Shown here in pieces: positions 9,379-18,955 of a stretch of 54,484 bases of DNA. The DNA lies in NCBI GenBank assembly GCA_934754445.1, contig CAKVHZ010000005.1:1-54484 (forward strand), read 5' to 3'. The stretch is from an uncultured Clostridia bacterium. GTDB lineage: Bacteria > Bacillota > Clostridia > Christensenellales > UBA1242. The notes below the pieces were generated by a model. That model was not told the origin of the DNA and searched no databases. It saw only the letters and a list, made by a program, of their open reading frames with translations. A program made the translations under genes and the position numbers. Each line of letters begins with the position of its first letter. Position 1 is the stretch's first letter.

Positions 9379-9966
9379 ATGATAAGTGCTGATTTTGAAA
9401 AATTAATAAATAGTTTTACTAAACTCCCTTCTGTCGGTATGCGTAGTGCTGAAAGATATGCTTATAGTATTATCAATATGAAAATCGAAGATGCAGAGAA
9501 CTTAGCCCATAACATTTTAGCAGTTAAACATAATATTAAATTATGCTCTGTTTGTGGAAACTTTACAACTGAAGATGTTTGTGATATTTGTAAAAATCGT
9601 AAAAGTGATGTAATTTGCGTAGTTAAAGAGCCTAAAGATATAATTAACTTTGAAAAAATTAAAAATTTTAATGCTCTTTTTCATGTTTTGCATGGAACTT
9701 TAAGTCCTATGAAAAATATTACACCTAACGACTTAAATATAAACTCACTACTTACTAGAATAAGTAACAACAACATTAAAGAAGTTATAATTGCACTTTC
9801 TAGCGATGTTGAAGGCGAAGCAACAAGCATGTATTTAGCAAAACTTTTAAAACCATTAGATATTAAAGTTACAAGACTTGCTCAAGGCATAAGTTTAGGA
9901 ACTGAAATTGAGTATGTAGATAGTGCAACACTCGAGCGAGCATATTCGGATAGAAAAGAATTGTAA
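9379..9966 (+). CDS. recR: Recombination protein RecR
   Basis: N-terminal HhH LPSVGMRSAERYA, C4 zinc finger CSVCGNFTTEDVCDIC, Toprim region. Confidence 0.92.
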   Translation: MISADFEKLINSFTKLPSVGMRSAERYAYSIINMKIEDAENLAHNILAVKHNIKLCSVCGNFTTEDVCDICKNRKSDVICVVKEPKDIINFEKIKNFNALFHVLHGTLSPMKNITPNDLNINSLLTRISNNNIKEVIIALSSDVEGEATSMYLAKLLKPLDIKVTRLAQGISLGTEIEYVDSATLERAYSDRKEL

Positions 9967-9977
9967 AAGCAATTAAT

Positions 9978-10011
9978 AAAAAAGAACTTATCAGTAGATA
10001 TGTTCTTTTTT
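9978..10011. terminator. Bidirectional terminator between recR and the convergent pseudouridine synthase gene
   Basis: AAAAAAGAAC ... GTTCTTTTTT inverted repeat. Confidence 0.6.
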
Positions 10012-10018
10012 ATTTGGT

Positions 10019-10864
10019 TTATAAACTATTAAAATAATCTAAAATATTTTTATTGTCTGCAAAAAATTCTTTATTAGTTAAATAACTTAATTTAGAATTT
10101 TGTGGAAAATTTAATTTTAAATAATAACATTTTAAAATTTGTGATTTTAAATTCAAAGTTTTATTTGTTTTAAAATCTCCATATTTATCATCACCTAAAA
10201 CAAATAAATTATGATATGCTAGGTGCGCCCTTATTTGATGTGTTCGCCCTGTTTTTAATAAAACATCTAATAAACTGTAATTTTTATTTTTATTAATTAA
10301 ATTAATTTGAGTTATCACAGTTTTTGCATCATTTTGCTTTTTGTTTGTGATTTTTACATAGTTATCTAATTTTATTAAATAATCAGTAAATTCCATTTCA
10401 TTTTTTGGGGGAATATTTTTACAAATTGTAATATATTTTTTTGTGAATAAATTATTTTTAAAACCATAATCTAATTCATTTTTTGCATCTATATTTTTAG
10501 CAAAAATAACTAAACCTTCGGTGTTAAAATCTATTCTATGAACACAAAAATAGTTCTTATTTATTATATTTATTAAAGTTATATCTCGATTTTCACTTAT
10601 AACTTCCAACTTCTTTGGTTTATCTACTATAATAATATTTTCGTCTTCATAAATTGTTTTAATAGAATAAAAATAATCGTTTTTAGCAAATATTCTAATT
10701 TCATCACCAATTTTTAATTCGCAATTTTTATCAACTTTAACATTATTAACTCTAATATCTTTTTTACGAAATAAGGCTTGAACTTTATTAAAATTCAAAC
10801 CTTCATATTTTGTTAAATAGTCGTTTATGTTACCATTTCTTTTACAAATTAAATTCATCATCAA
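10019..10864 (-). CDS. RluA-family pseudouridine synthase with S4-like N-terminus
   Basis: HRIDFNTEGLVIFAKN (catalytic Asp motif) and GRTHQIRAHLA. Confidence 0.85.
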   Translation of the reverse strand: MMMNLICKRNGNINDYLTKYEGLNFNKVQALFRKKDIRVNNVKVDKNCELKIGDEIRIFAKNDYFYSIKTIYEDENIIIVDKPKKLEVISENRDITLINIINKNYFCVHRIDFNTEGLVIFAKNIDAKNELDYGFKNNLFTKKYITICKNIPPKNEMEFTDYLIKLDNYVKITNKKQNDAKTVITQINLINKNKNYSLLDVLLKTGRTHQIRAHLAYHNLFVLGDDKYGDFKTNKTLNLKSQILKCYYLKLNFPQNSKLSYLTNKEFFADNKNILDYFNSL

Positions 10865-11867
10865 ATCCTTCTGGTTTAAAAGTGATATTTTTATTTATTC
10901 CACCAATAACATAATTAAAATAAAATTTACAATTTGCAGTTATTTTCCCGTATGGAGTTATCATTGTTTCTTTCGCTTCATCATTTGTTCCAAAATAAAT
11001 TAAATTACCATAGGCATCTAAGCAAGCGGTTATTGTTGTAGTTTTATAAATAGGCGGTGTATAACTAAACCCAGGGAACGAAATGTTAAAGGCTTCTTTT
11101 AATTTCATATTCGCCTTTTCACTGTCAATTTCAGCAGAAATATAATAGTTTGTTGGTATTCCGTTTTTGTAGTTTACTTTATAAAACTTTATTTTTTTAA
11201 TTGTCGACCTATTTATTATTGGTAAATTATCAGCAATCAAACATTTCTCTTTAGTAACTTCTTTTTTAATATCGGTGTAATCTGTAACTGGTTCACCCTT
11301 TATCATACTACTTTTTTGATTAGAGTAACTAGTAATTTCTTTTCCTTTTCTTAAAGATTTCGATCCAAAACAAACATAAGTTTGAACATCGTTTTCAAAC
11401 ACTTTAGGGAAACTACCATTTACATAACAAATAGATAAATCATCGTAAGTTAAATTATTATTATATTTAATAATTGTATCTTTAACGGCTAAATTAAACA
11501 CATATTCTGTATTTAAAATAGTTTTGTATATACTCATATTTCCATTTAAAACCATTACAAAACTTTTACTTTTATATAGTTTTTCAAAAGCCCCTATTAT
11601 TGCAGTGTCGCCATCTTCAAATAATGGTTTTGTATTTTGTGCAGGAATCTGTGGTTTATCTATTACAAAAAATTTTTCATTTTCTAACTTTCTATTAACC
11701 TTTAGAGCAGAATTTACAAGTCGATTCATTTCTTTACTATAATGAATTTCTCTATTATAATCTGCAAAAGCAAAGGCTATAGCAAACATTAAATAAAGGG
11801 CACAAAAGATATAGCAAAAAGTGTTAACGAATTTGTGGGTTTTTATTATACTTAAAAATCTATTCAT
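10842..11867 (-). CDS. Hypothetical membrane-anchored protein, paralogue A
   Basis: 341 aa with a single N-terminal TM (FCYIFCALYLMFAIAFAF). Clearly similar to the upstream ORF (shared FCYIF..YL.FA, DG.TAII.A, Y.I.AE.D, TACL...G.LI). Confidence 0.5.
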   Translation of the reverse strand: MNRFLSIIKTHKFVNTFCYIFCALYLMFAIAFAFADYNREIHYSKEMNRLVNSALKVNRKLENEKFFVIDKPQIPAQNTKPLFEDGDTAIIGAFEKLYKSKSFVMVLNGNMSIYKTILNTEYVFNLAVKDTIIKYNNNLTYDDLSICYVNGSFPKVFENDVQTYVCFGSKSLRKGKEITSYSNQKSSMIKGEPVTDYTDIKKEVTKEKCLIADNLPIINRSTIKKIKFYKVNYKNGIPTNYYISAEIDSEKANMKLKEAFNISFPGFSYTPPIYKTTTITACLDAYGNLIYFGTNDEAKETMITPYGKITANCKFYFNYVIGGINKNITFKPEGFDDEFNL

Positions 11868-11868
11868 A

Positions 11869-12843
11869 TTAAAAACCTATCAACTCGTAATTTATTGGTT
11901 GATTAACATTATTAACACTTAAAGAAATAACCAGGTCACATGGGCAGTGTTTTACTCCTAATGGTGTATTTCTAACCAATATTAAACTCGTATTTACTGT
12001 CATACCAATTAACTTTCCATTTTTATTTAAACAAGCAGTTACAACAAATTTAGAGCAAGTAGGTTTTTCTATACTCTCAGCTGAATCACCTAAATATTCC
12101 ATAAACTTTTCCGAAGTTAAAACTGGGTCAGTTTCCGCTTGAATATAATATTCTAAAGGATTGCCTTTTTTGTCTTTTTTTATTTTAAAATATGTAATAT
12201 TTTTAACCGTTTCTTCATTTAATATAAATAAATTCTCTCCAAGAATTTTATCAGTATTATTTGTTTCGTATTCCGCTTTAGAAAAATCTGGTTTTCTATT
12301 TTCTATTTCGGTAGTTTTATATTTACGAATAGTTGCATTTTCTTTTAACATTCGCTTTGCTACATTAGTTTGTTTTTCCGCAAAAGAGCCAAAACTTGTA
12401 GCACTTATAAAATAATTTAAACTTTCATCGTAATGTTTGTTTTGATTAAAACGAATAATCTTAAGTTCCATACCCGCTTTAACTGTTGCAATACCTTTTA
12501 ACTCGGTTGTTAATGTGCCTTTTGTTTCAATATAAAAACTGTACGCATTATACACTTCATCATAAGCAGTTATTATTGCTGTTTTACCATCTGTAAATAA
12601 AAGTTTACTATCATCGGTGTCATCACCATCATTTCGGTTTAATAATCTTTCTTCTTCTAATCTTTTATTTACACTTTGTGTATAATCTAATAGGTTTTTA
12701 AGTTCAATTTCGGCACTTTTAGTAGTTGTATAATCACTAACTACATAAAAAAGTGCAAAAAATAAATATATTGCACTAAATATATAACAAAATATATCTA
12801 AAAATTTTTTACTTCTTAAAAAATTTAAAACTTTTTCTTTCAT
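11869..12843 (-). CDS. Hypothetical membrane-anchored protein, paralogue B
   Basis: 324 aa with the same architecture as 10842..11867. Only 1 nt separates it from that ORF. Confidence 0.5.
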   Translation of the reverse strand: MKEKVLNFLRSKKFLDIFCYIFSAIYLFFALFYVVSDYTTTKSAEIELKNLLDYTQSVNKRLEEERLLNRNDGDDTDDSKLLFTDGKTAIITAYDEVYNAYSFYIETKGTLTTELKGIATVKAGMELKIIRFNQNKHYDESLNYFISATSFGSFAEKQTNVAKRMLKENATIRKYKTTEIENRKPDFSKAEYETNNTDKILGENLFILNEETVKNITYFKIKKDKKGNPLEYYIQAETDPVLTSEKFMEYLGDSAESIEKPTCSKFVVTACLNKNGKLIGMTVNTSLILVRNTPLGVKHCPCDLVISLSVNNVNQPINYELIGF

Positions 12844-12924
12844 AACTCTCTAATCTTAACACATAAACTAATATTTGTCAATATGCCAAATTTCCTTATT
12901 TTTCAACAAATGTTTAATTATTGT

Positions 12925-13698
12925 TTATTTATATACTTTTAAAATATCTAGTATATGCGAGCTTGCTCCTATTAAGTCTTTTCTTTCACAAATAGATAAT
13001 TGATAGTTCAAATATATGTTGAATTCTTCTTCGTTTAAATTATTTATCTCTTTTCTAAAATAATCTGTTGCCCCATCTACTCCTATTATTTTTACTCTTT
13101 TCAAATTTGCCAATTTGTTTAATTTGTTTATATCTTCTAATCTGTAAAAAGAATATAAATTTTGAATATTATCTTTAATTTTAAAATTATCTAGTTTATT
13201 TTCTTGAATATCTTGTTTTATTGTCCTTTCTCTAAATCCATGAACAAGCACTGCATAATCGTTCGTAACATACTGGATAAAAATAAGCCCATCATTTTTA
13301 ACAACTCTTTTTGCTTCACTTAGTGCAATTAGTTTTTCTTCTAAACTAAACAAGTGATATAACGGCCCAAAAAGTAAAACAATATCAAAACTATCGTCTT
13401 TAAACTTTTTTAAATTAATAGCATTACCTAAAAAGGCTTTGACCTTTGAGTTTTTGCTTTCTAAAACTCTTAAATTATGTTTAACAAGTTCCACTGCGGT
13501 CACATCATAGCCAAGACTATCTAAATATATACTATATCTACCCGTTCCCGCTCCAACATCTAAAATCTTAGGATTTTTATACTTTTTTAGATATTTTTCT
13601 ATATATTTTATAGTTACGTTAAATTCAACTTGTCCATGTCTAGAAAGCAATCGTTTATCTTCATTAAATTTATTATAGTATTTTTCAATTTCATTCAT
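12925..13698 (-). CDS. Class I SAM-dependent methyltransferase
   Basis: Motif I ILDVGAGTGRYSIYL, acidic loop VTAVE, motif IVLLFGPLYH. Confidence 0.8.
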   Translation of the reverse strand: MNEIEKYYNKFNEDKRLLSRHGQVEFNVTIKYIEKYLKKYKNPKILDVGAGTGRYSIYLDSLGYDVTAVELVKHNLRVLESKNSKVKAFLGNAINLKKFKDDSFDIVLLFGPLYHLFSLEEKLIALSEAKRVVKNDGLIFIQYVTNDYAVLVHGFRERTIKQDIQENKLDNFKIKDNIQNLYSFYRLEDINKLNKLANLKRVKIIGVDGATDYFRKEINNLNEEEFNIYLNYQLSICERKDLIGASSHILDILKVYK

Positions 13699-13734
13699 AG
13701 GTTTATTATATATAATTTTTTATAAAATGGCAAT

Positions 13735-14577
13735 TTATACATTATTTTTTAACGAATTTTTATAAGAATTCTTTAAAGTTAAATATTCACATAATATATC
13801 GTCAAACTGATGATATTTAAAAACTTTATGAACTTTTACAATATCCCATTGTTTAATATTATCCGTATGTGGATAAGGTAACCAAAACAACCGTTTAGAA
13901 AAATGGCGAACAACCGTGTGCTTGTGTAGAAATTTCTGGTCATTAAATTTTTGTGGAAGCATTAATTTTTTTGTAGTGCTTTTATAAATTGCACTTTGGT
14001 CCGGGAACAACAATTTTTTGCTTATAAAAATCTTTCTTGCCTTCTCAAATAACTTAGTTTCTCTACACTTAGTTAAGTTAAAGAGCATAACACCTGAATT
14101 AATATAATTGGGATGTATTAAAAACTTACCGTAATGGTCCCTACTTGCCCCATATTCATAATTTGTTAAATCTTTGTTATATAATAGTGTAATATCTCTA
14201 TTAAACATAATGTCAGCATCTAAATATAATATTCTTTCTATGTCTATAGGCATTTTATCTAGTAAAAGTCTTAAAAAGGAATAGGGCGAATATTTTGTTT
14301 TTTCATTTATAGTGTTTTTAAATTCTTTATCATAATAATTTGTAACATCAATTTTTATAACTTTATTATCATTATTATATTTTTTAACTACAATATTAAA
14401 AAATTCAATTTGCTTATCACTAATTTCGGTATATTCAGGCTTTAATCTCGTAATATCCATAGTATAAACATAAAAAGTAAAAGGTTCTTTGGTGGTTGTC
14501 CGTTTTAAAATAGATAAAACACTTGTTAGCATTCCATCAAAAACTTTATCATTACCACAATACAAAACATTAATCAT
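13735..14577 (-). CDS. Glycosyltransferase family 8-like
   Basis: N-terminal NVLYCGNDKVFDGMLTSVLSI, DxD LYLDADIMF, INSGVMLFNL. Confidence 0.75.
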   Translation of the reverse strand: MINVLYCGNDKVFDGMLTSVLSILKRTTTKEPFTFYVYTMDITRLKPEYTEISDKQIEFFNIVVKKYNNDNKVIKIDVTNYYDKEFKNTINEKTKYSPYSFLRLLLDKMPIDIERILYLDADIMFNRDITLLYNKDLTNYEYGASRDHYGKFLIHPNYINSGVMLFNLTKCRETKLFEKARKIFISKKLLFPDQSAIYKSTTKKLMLPQKFNDQKFLHKHTVVRHFSKRLFWLPYPHTDNIKQWDIVKVHKVFKYHQFDDILCEYLTLKNSYKNSLKNNV

Positions 14578-15337
14578 TAGTTTTCTCCTTAACGTATTTT
14601 ATATACTCATAGTTATTAAGTTCACTTCTTTTTACCATAGCAAAATAAACTTGATTTCTTAAATCTTCTTGCTTTTCTTTAAGCGTTTTTCCATTTCCAT
14701 AAAAAGGTCCATCAATATAGGTTATAATTTTAGGTTTTTTAGAGAATTTTCGCTTAACATAAACATTAGTAAAACAAAAAGTAGGTTTATTAAGTTCTAC
14801 TGGATATTTAAAACTTTTAGATAAGAAAGGACGAATTTTTGTGTAATATGGCCAAATATGCGCTTCTGGATAAATTACGACCGCTTTGTTTTCACTATAA
14901 AATTTAATGGCATCTAAAAAGTTTCTATATGCTTTTAAATTATCTGGAAGTGGAAGCCCACCTAAAATAGGAACAAACTTACCTATGCCTTTAACACATA
15001 AGTTGGCAGCGTTTACTATTTCGTAACTCTCTTTAGGAAACGTTAACATTGGTGGATTAAAAGCATCAAAACCTTGTTGTGTGTGATTACCATATAAAAA
15101 ATAACCATTTTGTTTTTTTAACAACTTTTTGTTGACTATCTTTCTTTTAAATTTTATTTTACAGTAAAGAAAAGCAAAGGGCGTGGCAATTAATCTAAAC
15201 CAAAAAAACTTTTTTAGTTTATATAGTATCCCTTTTTTAACATATTTATAATTTTCATCTATAGTTTTTGTAACTTTTACAGGTTCGCTGAAATCATCGT
15301 TTAGTTCATCTTTATAATATATAGTTTGTTGTTTCAT
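14570..15337 (-). CDS. Lysophospholipid (PlsC/LPLAT)-family acyltransferase, divergent
   Basis: GNHTQQGFD (HX4D-like with one extra residue) and YPEAHIWPY. Paralogous to 49307..50152 (shared LKAYRNF, IRPF). Confidence 0.6.
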   Translation of the reverse strand: MKQQTIYYKDELNDDFSEPVKVTKTIDENYKYVKKGILYKLKKFFWFRLIATPFAFLYCKIKFKRKIVNKKLLKKQNGYFLYGNHTQQGFDAFNPPMLTFPKESYEIVNAANLCVKGIGKFVPILGGLPLPDNLKAYRNFLDAIKFYSENKAVVIYPEAHIWPYYTKIRPFLSKSFKYPVELNKPTFCFTNVYVKRKFSKKPKIITYIDGPFYGNGKTLKEKQEDLRNQVYFAMVKRSELNNYEYIKYVKEKTND

Positions 15338-15339
15338 AA

Positions 15340-16185
15340 TTAAATAGAAGACTCTTTTTGTTTTATAGAATAAACAAGTTTAGTATTATAAACTTTTTCA
15401 TATGTTTGTTTATTCAATTCGTAATTTTTATTTTTCATGTAATCAACATTCTCTTTGCTTGTTAAATTTTTATCGGGATAAATTACATCTTCAATATGAA
15501 CGGTGTATTCTTGAACAGGAAAACCGAATTTGTCAAGTAAATCACTATCGTTTAAAGTAATAAACATAGCAATAACAGGAACATTATTTCTAACAGCGAA
15601 TTTATATGCTCCATCTTTTAAAGGTCTTGGTTTGCGATAATTCCACCACATTCCTTGCTCTGGATAAACTAAAATTTTTTCGCCCCGAGTAAGCAAAGTA
15701 TCTATCGCCTTTAAACATTTCATCATTGTTGCGGTGTTTTGACTTAAGGGAAGATTATTACAGTGTCGCATAAAAAATCCTATTTTACCTGTAAAAGAGT
15801 AGTTACCTTCACGAATAACTCTATATAATTTTGTTTTTTTGTTAATTTTTTTTAAAGCAAGCAACACGGCATAGTTATCAAAAATATTAAAGTGATTACA
15901 AGTAATTATTGCTCCACCTTTAATATTTTTTATTTTGTCTAAACCCTCTACACCTTTAAAAATATATTGTTTATCTTTTAAAAGTTTTTTATAAAACTTA
16001 TTGCCAACAAAATTTGCAATTTTAGTTTTTAGTTTATTAGATAGTTTGGTATTTAAGTAATCAACATCATCAGGGTTAAGGGGTATTGTTGGTGGGTCAT
16101 TTTCAACATCTCTATCCCAAAGTTCGTTTTCTTCACAATAATGAATTCTATCTAAAACTTCTAGTCTGTCCCTAGCCTTTTCCAT
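15340..16185 (-). CDS. Lysophospholipid (PlsC/LPLAT)-family acyltransferase
   Basis: CNHFNIFD (HX4D), YPEQGMWW, and FAVRNNVPVIAM typical of the family. Confidence 0.7.
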   Translation of the reverse strand: MEKARDRLEVLDRIHYCEENELWDRDVENDPPTIPLNPDDVDYLNTKLSNKLKTKIANFVGNKFYKKLLKDKQYIFKGVEGLDKIKNIKGGAIITCNHFNIFDNYAVLLALKKINKKTKLYRVIREGNYSFTGKIGFFMRHCNNLPLSQNTATMMKCLKAIDTLLTRGEKILVYPEQGMWWNYRKPRPLKDGAYKFAVRNNVPVIAMFITLNDSDLLDKFGFPVQEYTVHIEDVIYPDKNLTSKENVDYMKNKNYELNKQTYEKVYNTKLVYSIKQKESSI

Positions 16186-16194
16186 ATTTTCTCC

Positions 16195-17130
16195 TTAAAA
16201 TTTAATTTTACCACAATTTAATAAATTTAAAAAAGTATCTTTTTCGTTAGATTGTTCAAGTGCCATTTGTTTCAACCTATTTTCTTGTATTTCGTCATTT
16301 TTTTGCATTTCTATAGTAAAGTTATCTCGCATTTCTTCTAACTCAATACTAAGTCCGCACTCTTTTGCATTTTGCCAAAAATATTCTTCATAATTTATAC
16401 CCTTATATCTCCATGGTTTATAGTTTAAGTTATAATGTATTAATTTAACTTCACTATCGTCTAAACTTTTATCAAGTGGCATTTTATTCCAACTTAAATC
16501 TAAATACTTAACACGGTCTTTACAAATTACATTCAAATAGTCTTGGTCTTGAGCCACCGTAAATTTAATTTGGTTTAATAAACTAATAAATTTTTCTTCA
16601 AAGTTAAATTCTCTTAAAGCCCTAAAATTCATAATTAAAATTCCAGCATTAAAGTAATCTTGAGCATTTATACCTAAATAATCATTGGCATACTTTAAAA
16701 ATTCATAAACTTTATTTATCGCTTCATCTGGAACAGCACCTACTAAATTATCCCTTATATCAATATTAAATAAATTTGCAATATCGGTTTTTACTACAAT
16801 ATCACAATCTAAATATAAGGCTTTATCAATTTCTTTAAACATATTAGGTAAAAATAATCTAAAATATGTTGTTATTGAGTAATAATCTCTTACATGAAAT
16901 TTAATATCCCTTGATAGTTTTGTAGAAATATCCACAAAATTTATTTTAAAATTTTTACCATCGAATTTTTTTAATTTTTGTTTACTACTTTCACTTAGTT
17001 TAGAGTACACAACATTAATATTATAATCATTATTTATATTTGAATATTTCTTTATAGAATTTAATGCTACCATAAGCATAGGAACATAAGCATCATCTGT
17101 TGTAAAAAATATTGGAATTTGTTTGTTCAT
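16195..17130 (-). CDS. Glycosyltransferase family 8
   Basis: IPIFFTTDDAYVPMLMVALNSI, DxD LYLDCDIVV, FNAGILIMN. Confidence 0.8.
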   Translation of the reverse strand: MNKQIPIFFTTDDAYVPMLMVALNSIKKYSNINNDYNINVVYSKLSESSKQKLKKFDGKNFKINFVDISTKLSRDIKFHVRDYYSITTYFRLFLPNMFKEIDKALYLDCDIVVKTDIANLFNIDIRDNLVGAVPDEAINKVYEFLKYANDYLGINAQDYFNAGILIMNFRALREFNFEEKFISLLNQIKFTVAQDQDYLNVICKDRVKYLDLSWNKMPLDKSLDDSEVKLIHYNLNYKPWRYKGINYEEYFWQNAKECGLSIELEEMRDNFTIEMQKNDEIQENRLKQMALEQSNEKDTFLNLLNCGKIKF

Positions 17131-17330
17131 AAGTTTTCTCCTTTTTATAAAAACATTGTTATTTTATTCAATTAATTTTAATTTCACAAGAGAATTAGTA
17201 TTTTGCCACTATAATGTTAATTTCGGGTCATGAGAATTCGACTCTCTTTATAAGAGAATTTATCTAATTTGTATAAATTTAAACAAAAAATTCGTTTTGT
17301 TTTATTAATTGAATATGATATAATAAATGC

Positions 17331-17924
17331 ATGGACGAAATAAAAAACAATTTATCTAAAAATATAATCAAATTAAGAAAAGAAAAAAAATTAACTCAAC
17401 TAGAACTTGCAAATGCTTTAAATTATAGTGATAAATCAGTTTCCAAATGGGAAAATGGCGACACAATACCAGACATCGAAGTAATTAAACGCTTAGCAGA
17501 TTTTTTTAACGTTAGTGTTGATAGTTTGATAGGAAATCCCGAAAGTTTAACGCAAAAACAAGCAAATACTACTAATCTTCCTAAAAACAAATTAATTATA
17601 ACACTACTATCAATTATTTGTGTTTGGATAGTTAGCACTTTAATTTTTGTTATGCTTAAAATATTTTTAAAAACTGATTATTGGCTATGCTTTATTTGGG
17701 CAATTCCTGTTTCTTTTATTGTATTAATTGTTTTTAATGGAATTTGGGGCAAAAGAAAGTTTTCTATATTAATTACTTCAGGACTAATGTGGACAATAAT
17801 ATTAAGCATATATTTACAACTCTTAAAATTTAATTTATGGGTTTTGTTTTTAATAGGTATTCCACTAGAGATTGGAATAATTTTATGGTCAAGACTAAAT
17901 ATGTATAAAAAAAATAGCCATTAG
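17331..17924 (+). CDS. XRE-family HTH regulator fused to a 4-TM membrane domain
   Basis: N-terminus LTQLELANALNYSDKSVSKWENGDTIPDIE. Hydrophobic C-terminal half. Divergent from the GT8 operon. Confidence 0.75.
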   Translation: MDEIKNNLSKNIIKLRKEKKLTQLELANALNYSDKSVSKWENGDTIPDIEVIKRLADFFNVSVDSLIGNPESLTQKQANTTNLPKNKLIITLLSIICVWIVSTLIFVMLKIFLKTDYWLCFIWAIPVSFIVLIVFNGIWGKRKFSILITSGLMWTIILSIYLQLLKFNLWVLFLIGIPLEIGIILWSRLNMYKKNSH

Positions 17925-17959
17925 GCTATTTTTTCATGTTGTTTTATTAATTTTGTTTA

Positions 17960-18928
17960 TTATTTTTCGTATTCTAAATTCTTATTATAAATTAAATCAT
18001 TTTGTTTATACTCTTGTTTTACATTAATTTTTGTTTCTATTTTATCGTTTTCCTGTAAGTTATTATCCTCATACTCGTAACTTTTAATTTTGTTATCTTC
18101 TAATTTTAAAATTCGTTTTAGATGTTTTATATAATTTGAAGTATCTGTTTTATAGATGCAATCATTTTTAACTAAATCTTCATTATGAATTGCACTCCAT
18201 ATATATTCATCATAATAAGCACTACCACACACAATATCGTTATATCGTTTTTCAAATCTTTTTTGCAAAAATTCTTGCTCTTTTGGGTCAAATATTTTAA
18301 GCAATCCTATATTATGGAATATAAATTTATCAATTGCTTCTTGGTTCATTTCTAAATTTTCTAAAGCAAATTCATTCATTGAAGAGAGTTTGCCATTTTT
18401 GTTTAATTTTTTGTAATAATTTTTAGATAGCTTATCAAATTTTTTTGTTTGTTTTTTTAAATATTTTATAAAATTTTTAGTTAAGTTAATCTGCTTATTT
18501 AAAGATTTTTCTTCGGCTTTTTGTGTTCGAGTTTGTAACTTTTCTTGCTCTAAAAGTCGCATATTTTCGTAAAATGATTTTGTTTTTCTTTTAAGTTTTC
18601 TTTTTTTGTTAATTGAATTGTATGCATTACCTAAATTTGTATGCGGTAAAAAAGTTCCCATGGTTAAAACTAAAGATGAAAATATTAAGGAAATATCTGA
18701 CGGATTAACGGTTTTAAACATAAAAAATGTAACTAAATTTTTAATGACAAAACCTAGTCCTACTAGCGGAGCGAAAAATCTTGCTACCGACAAAAATTTA
18801 TTAAATCCGCCACTCGTATCCAACCCACCTTCAGTTAAATTTAACTGATAATAATTTTCATTTACTTTTAGTTTAAAAAATTTTGCATAGTTTTTCATAG
18901 ACTTTCTCTTACAAAGAGTATATTCCAT
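17960..18928 (-). CDS. Hypothetical membrane / coiled-coil protein
   Basis: 322-aa track ORF with two hydrophobic helices followed by a K/E-rich helical region. No known motif recognised. Confidence 0.4.
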   Translation of the reverse strand: MEYTLCKRKSMKNYAKFFKLKVNENYYQLNLTEGGLDTSGGFNKFLSVARFFAPLVGLGFVIKNLVTFFMFKTVNPSDISLIFSSLVLTMGTFLPHTNLGNAYNSINKKRKLKRKTKSFYENMRLLEQEKLQTRTQKAEEKSLNKQINLTKNFIKYLKKQTKKFDKLSKNYYKKLNKNGKLSSMNEFALENLEMNQEAIDKFIFHNIGLLKIFDPKEQEFLQKRFEKRYNDIVCGSAYYDEYIWSAIHNEDLVKNDCIYKTDTSNYIKHLKRILKLEDNKIKSYEYEDNNLQENDKIETKINVKQEYKQNDLIYNKNLEYEK

Positions 18929-18955
18929 GTTTAATTTTTTGTCAATACTTAATTT

